A stretch of 61,559 nt of DNA, the filler included, from Asterionella formosa (taxonomy: Eukaryota): NCBI GenBank assembly GCA_002256025.1. It is 9 parts of 9 records of this genome, joined end to end, with 100 filler letters (N's around TTAATTAATTAA, not from the genome) between each part and the next. Parts side by side here need not be neighbours in the genome. Positions count along the whole stretch, not along the records: positions 54,817 to 61,559 come from NKIB01012623.1; 8 more parts are not named here. One strand, written 5' to 3'. Shown here piece after piece: positions 57,978 to 61,559 of the stretch. Within the stretch, counting starts at the first letter, position 1; every line of letters starts with the position of its first letter. The notes under the pieces were generated by a model. It ran no database searches and was not told the origin of the DNA. It saw only the letters and a program-made list of their open reading frames with translations. Both the position numbers and the translations under genes were made by a program.

Positions 57978-58647
57978 ATGGCAAACGCTGCTGCGAAAAA
58001 GGCTGCCGCTGGTGAGTCGTCGCTTCTGCTGTCGCAAAGTGGTTAGCTCTTGATGGACTGTCTGGATAATTTTCCTCTAATGGCCCACGTGCGACTGCTT
58101 TCGAGTGGATAGATGAATACCATCTGTCATTTACATCCCACTCAAACTCTCTCACACTGCTTCGGATTTCCCCACAAACACACACTCAGCCCGGTCTTCG
58201 GCCAAGTCAACGTACCTACCTATTTTTGGGATTGTCAATACCCTCTATATGCTCCTCAAGCTTGGAGGAGGAGGATCCAGCGGATTCAGTCTCTACAACA
58301 TTATTGGCATTTCTCTCTTGCTCGGTTTGAATTTCGTTGCCTACCACGGGATTTTAGCCGAATCAGAAACTCATCGAGATGCAGATACATTGGCCGGGGG
58401 AATGTTTTTAGATTTAACCGGATTGGTTTGGGTGGTACAATTTGGAACTTCTCTTTTATCTAACAAATGTTATTACTTATTGATTCTCATTCCAGTTGTG
58501 GGGGCGTGGAAATTGTATTCCACATTGAAAGGAACCAAAGATGCATTCATGAGTCCTGGTGACACAACGGCAGCGGCTACAGGATCACAAGAGAATGACA
58601 CCAAGAGAAAAAAGCGAGCGGAACGACGACAGCAGAAATGGAGCTAA
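57978..58647 (+). CDS. TMEM208: TMEM208/SND2 ER-targeting protein (exons 57978-58011, 58190-58647)
   Basis: MANAAAKKAAAA exon. GTGAGT...CAG intron 58012-58189 keeps the frame. TM helices, FLDL..LVWVVQ...YYLLILIP..GAWKL, and a basic tail KRKKRAERRQQK. Confidence 0.85.
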
Positions 58648-58849
58648 TTACTTTTTGGTTTTAATCCATGACTACTTATATTGAAATTCATTCAACGTGA
58701 GATCACTAAAACATTAATAAAACATCGATTATCACACTTTTTCAAGACATTCAACTTCAGCGAAAAATCTCCACTTTCACTGTCCCCAAAGGCAATATAT
58801 GCCAATCGTGCCGAAGGGAACAAGGTGCTGTGTGCCAATGGCTCGTCGC

Positions 58850-58978
58850 TAAACCATACTCCATTGCGATTTCACTCAACGCTCATATCTTGGTCCATAA
58901 TCATAATCTAAATCATACTCCATTGCGATTTCACTCAAAGCTCATACCTTGGTCCATAATCATAATCTACACCATACT
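58850..58978. repeat. 59-bp tandem duplication spanning the stop codon of the TLC gene
   Basis: CATACTCCATTGCGATTTCACTCAA.GCTCATA.CTTGGTCCATAATCATAATCTA at 58855 and 58914. Confidence 0.93.
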
Positions 58979-59888
58979 TTACAGCACTTATCCCATTTCG
59001 TGCCATTTCAATTGTCTCCATAGTCCAAGGAATGCTTCCCAAAACTACACCCCACATTAAAACCAACCAAATTAAGGAAATGTATATAGGTACATTGTTG
59101 CGTCCATTTCTGCTCAATAATTCATAGAAGATGTGAATTAATACGACCGGTCCAATCAAAGTCCGTACTACTGCATACGACACAGCAAAGAGCCATTCGA
59201 CATATGGGTGAATCGTATGCCAAAATGTCTTTGGTTCCTCCAGTTGTATGGCAAATTTTGTAATGGAATGTAAACTTCCCAAAGGATTGGTACACTCTCC
59301 TAAGAGCATGAGCATCAATACACTGTCCTGTCCAGCTCCAATCCATTGACAGGTGATCATACAAAACGAAGTGGCTGCATGATGTGCTAAAAACAAACAG
59401 TCCACATCATTCAAACCTCCTGTATTCCAATTGTCTCTGACCATGCCCAGGGAATCATACAACATGTATCCAGTACAAAACTGCAGGAGAGCCGTAGTGG
59501 CGTCATTGATCATTGACGAATTAGAACCAGCATCCTTGCGTTTCGCACCGGATGGTCGGTACGGTCGAGATGTCGCAAGGAGAATCGCCAAGCTGACACA
59601 TAATACAATGGCGTGCACCATTGATGCAAGGGAAGCAGCAGCATCCTTGGTTTTTTTGGAGTTAGGTGGCCATCCAAGTCCACGTTGAAATATTCCTTCT
59701 CCTAAAAGACGAATGGCAAATAGAAACATGGCGCAAAGGACCGTAAAGCCAACATTGCAGCATGATGTTTCTGCTCTCCATAAATAAAGTTTCGGTGCGT
59801 TGTGGAGTCTCGCAGACCAGAAGCGGAGGACTTTAGAACCCTCCTTCCTTTGTTTCAGCTTTATGAGCGGTGGCATGTGATTGAGCAT
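58935..59888 (-). CDS. TLC (TRAM-LAG1-CLN8) domain membrane protein
   Basis: SMVHA, FCTGYMLYD, FLAHH, GECTNP, FAVSYAVVR and multiple TM helices. Confidence 0.88.
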   Translation of the reverse strand: MLNHMPPLIKLKQRKEGSKVLRFWSARLHNAPKLYLWRAETSCCNVGFTVLCAMFLFAIRLLGEGIFQRGLGWPPNSKKTKDAAASLASMVHAIVLCVSLAILLATSRPYRPSGAKRKDAGSNSSMINDATTALLQFCTGYMLYDSLGMVRDNWNTGGLNDVDCLFLAHHAATSFCMITCQWIGAGQDSVLMLMLLGECTNPLGSLHSITKFAIQLEEPKTFWHTIHPYVEWLFAVSYAVVRTLIGPVVLIHIFYELLSRNGRNNVPIYISLIWLVLMWGVVLGSIPWTMETIEMARNGISAVKYGVDYDYGPRYEL

Positions 59889-59964
59889 TCAACTTTCAAT
59901 GGCAATGGCAATGGCAATGTGATGAAGGAGGAGGAGCAAGGAAGAGCTATTTGACGGCATACAT

Positions 59965-61559
59965 TGTTGGAGAAAATATTTTAGGAAAGAAAATCCCGGT
60001 ATAAATTACCTACTACATATTGAATCGAATGAATCAAGAAAGAATATGGTACCAGAGAATTCGAAAACAATCTACGCCAACAGTAAAAACCCATAATTCT
60101 ATTAAAACTCTTAGGAACGATTACAATCGATCACGGAGACATCGTTGTTATATCTACAGCCTATTTGGTCCCTGACGTGTCCTTACAGGATACAAGAAAG
60201 CATAGAGTGCTTCGGGACGCAATTTCAACAGTTTTAATAGAATTAGCCGGCCAGGAAGAGCCGTGATACCACAATCAACAACAAGCGGACAATTGAGAGT
60301 CCGGAGACAAGATCTGAGGGTACCAGACCATCCAGAGTCTGAAGAAGTCGCACAAGGCGCAACATGAGTGGCAAAGGGAAGTTTACCAAGAAGGCTCAAG
60401 CCAAGGGCAAGTTTCAAGCCAAGGGAGGGAGCAATATTGCTTCTCACTCCATCAAGAAGTCAGTCAATGACTATAACTACTACCTCGGATCATCGAAGCA
60501 GGCATCTGACTATGAGACTACTACTGAGTACCTCATCAATCATATCAAGAAAGTGTTCGACTATGGCAATGACATAGGAACCGCGCTCGAGTTATTAGAA
60601 CCAATGAGCACATTGGCATGGAAGCCAAGAATGCAAGTGAGCATTGCAACAACAGAAGAAGATCGCGCTGCAGAGAATCGACAATATGAGATTGAGTTCA
60701 AGGCTGACTATGACACCTACAGTAAAAGGGTACAGGCCTACGAAAATAATAATACCAAGGCATATGCGTTGCTCTGGGAAAGATGCAACAAAGCCATGAA
60801 GAACAAGATTGAAGCGAGATCCGATTACAATAGGATCAAAAATAACCCAATAACATTGCTTATGGCAATTAAAGAACACGCATTAAATTTTCAAGAGAAT
60901 CGATATTCAATGTCGATCATTTTAGATGCGATGAGAACGCTTTTGTTCACGAAGCAAAAAGAAGGAGAAAGTCTACAAGACTACACCAAGAGATTTCGTG
61001 TGGCACGAGATGTGCTCAAGTCACACATGGGAGGACCCATTATCCTCACCAAGTTCGTTGAAGCCATGGATGGATACAATGAGAATGACATCAAACAACG
61101 AGATAAATTTCGCGAACAAGCTTTCAGTCAATTTATGGCATATTTATATCTCGATAATGCCGATAAAGCTAAATACGGTTCAATTATGACCGGGCTGAAC
61201 ACTCAACAATCACTCGGCAACGATCAATACCCAAAGACCATCACCGAATCAAATAATGTTCTCAGCAACCATCGGTTTGACGTAACAAATAAATCTGTCT
61301 ACAAGAAACCAGGAGATAATGATAAAGAGAGGAAACAGAAGGATGCAGGCAAGGAAGACGAAGACGTGAACTTATCGTTCGCACAGTTAGAAGGAAAATG
61401 TTACTGCTGTGGAAAAGCAGGTCACAAATCTCCTTCGTGCCGAGACAAGAATAAACCCAAAGAGGAATGGGCTATCAACAAGGCTCAAAGCCATGCACAG
61501 GCACAGGCTACTAATACATCCGACACGAGTACAGTTACCTCTGTTAATTCCAACAACCC
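59965..61559 (+). mobile_element. 5' part of a diatom Copia-type LTR retrotransposon: candidate LTR 59965-60082 and gag ORF from 60364, open to window end
   Basis: TGTTGG...CCAACA short LTR candidate. An uninterrupted frame missing from the ORF track contains KAYALLWERC, QKEGESLQDYTKRF, GNDQYPKTITE and the zinc knuckle CYCCGKAGHKSPSC. Confidence 0.88.

Noticed and set aside
58012..58189. Canonical intronic snoRNA
   Set aside because: No C/D box pair and no H box between the two stems.
1..61559. Fanzor/TnpB, DGR, retron, tRNA or rRNA genes
   Set aside because: No RuvC motifs, template/variable repeat pair, non-LTR RT or RNA-gene signatures were recognised by eye. The only tRNA-like stretch is the PBS at 43371-43389.

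Overview
This window is eukaryotic DNA, almost certainly from a diatom. The evidence is bipartite plastid-targeting presequences, short GT-AG introns, diatom-type Copia elements and a diatom-specific protein family. It is not one locus. Nine unrelated contigs of about 6.74-6.76 kb are joined by eight artificial 100-bp linkers (N44-TTAATTAATTAA-N44), so neighbourhoods across linkers mean nothing. Host genes: CPSF30-like CCCH-YTH-DCD protein, SAE1 (partial), agmatine deiminase, RBM39, 3R-MYB, an ING-SGF29 fusion, 5-formyl-THF cyclo-ligase, TMEM208/SND2, a TLC-domain protein, an NPU-like membrane protein and several plastid-targeted or unknown proteins. Mobile DNA: a complete but dead PIF/Harbinger element (TIRs and TAA TSD), an older HARBI1-type relic, a Kolobok-like non-autonomous element (TTAA TSD), a 1.9-kb non-coding TIR element, three Copia fragments, a Gypsy relic, a probable Crypton-like tyrosine recombinase, and HECT/ARM/LRR/ankyrin pseudogene fragments. 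The best candidates for new biology are the CPSF30-YTH-DCD double reader, the ING protein with its PHD finger replaced by SGF29 Tudors, a promoter-proximal TACC(W)GGTA motif, and the Crypton-like ORF. All family calls rest on motifs recognised by eye; no database search was run.
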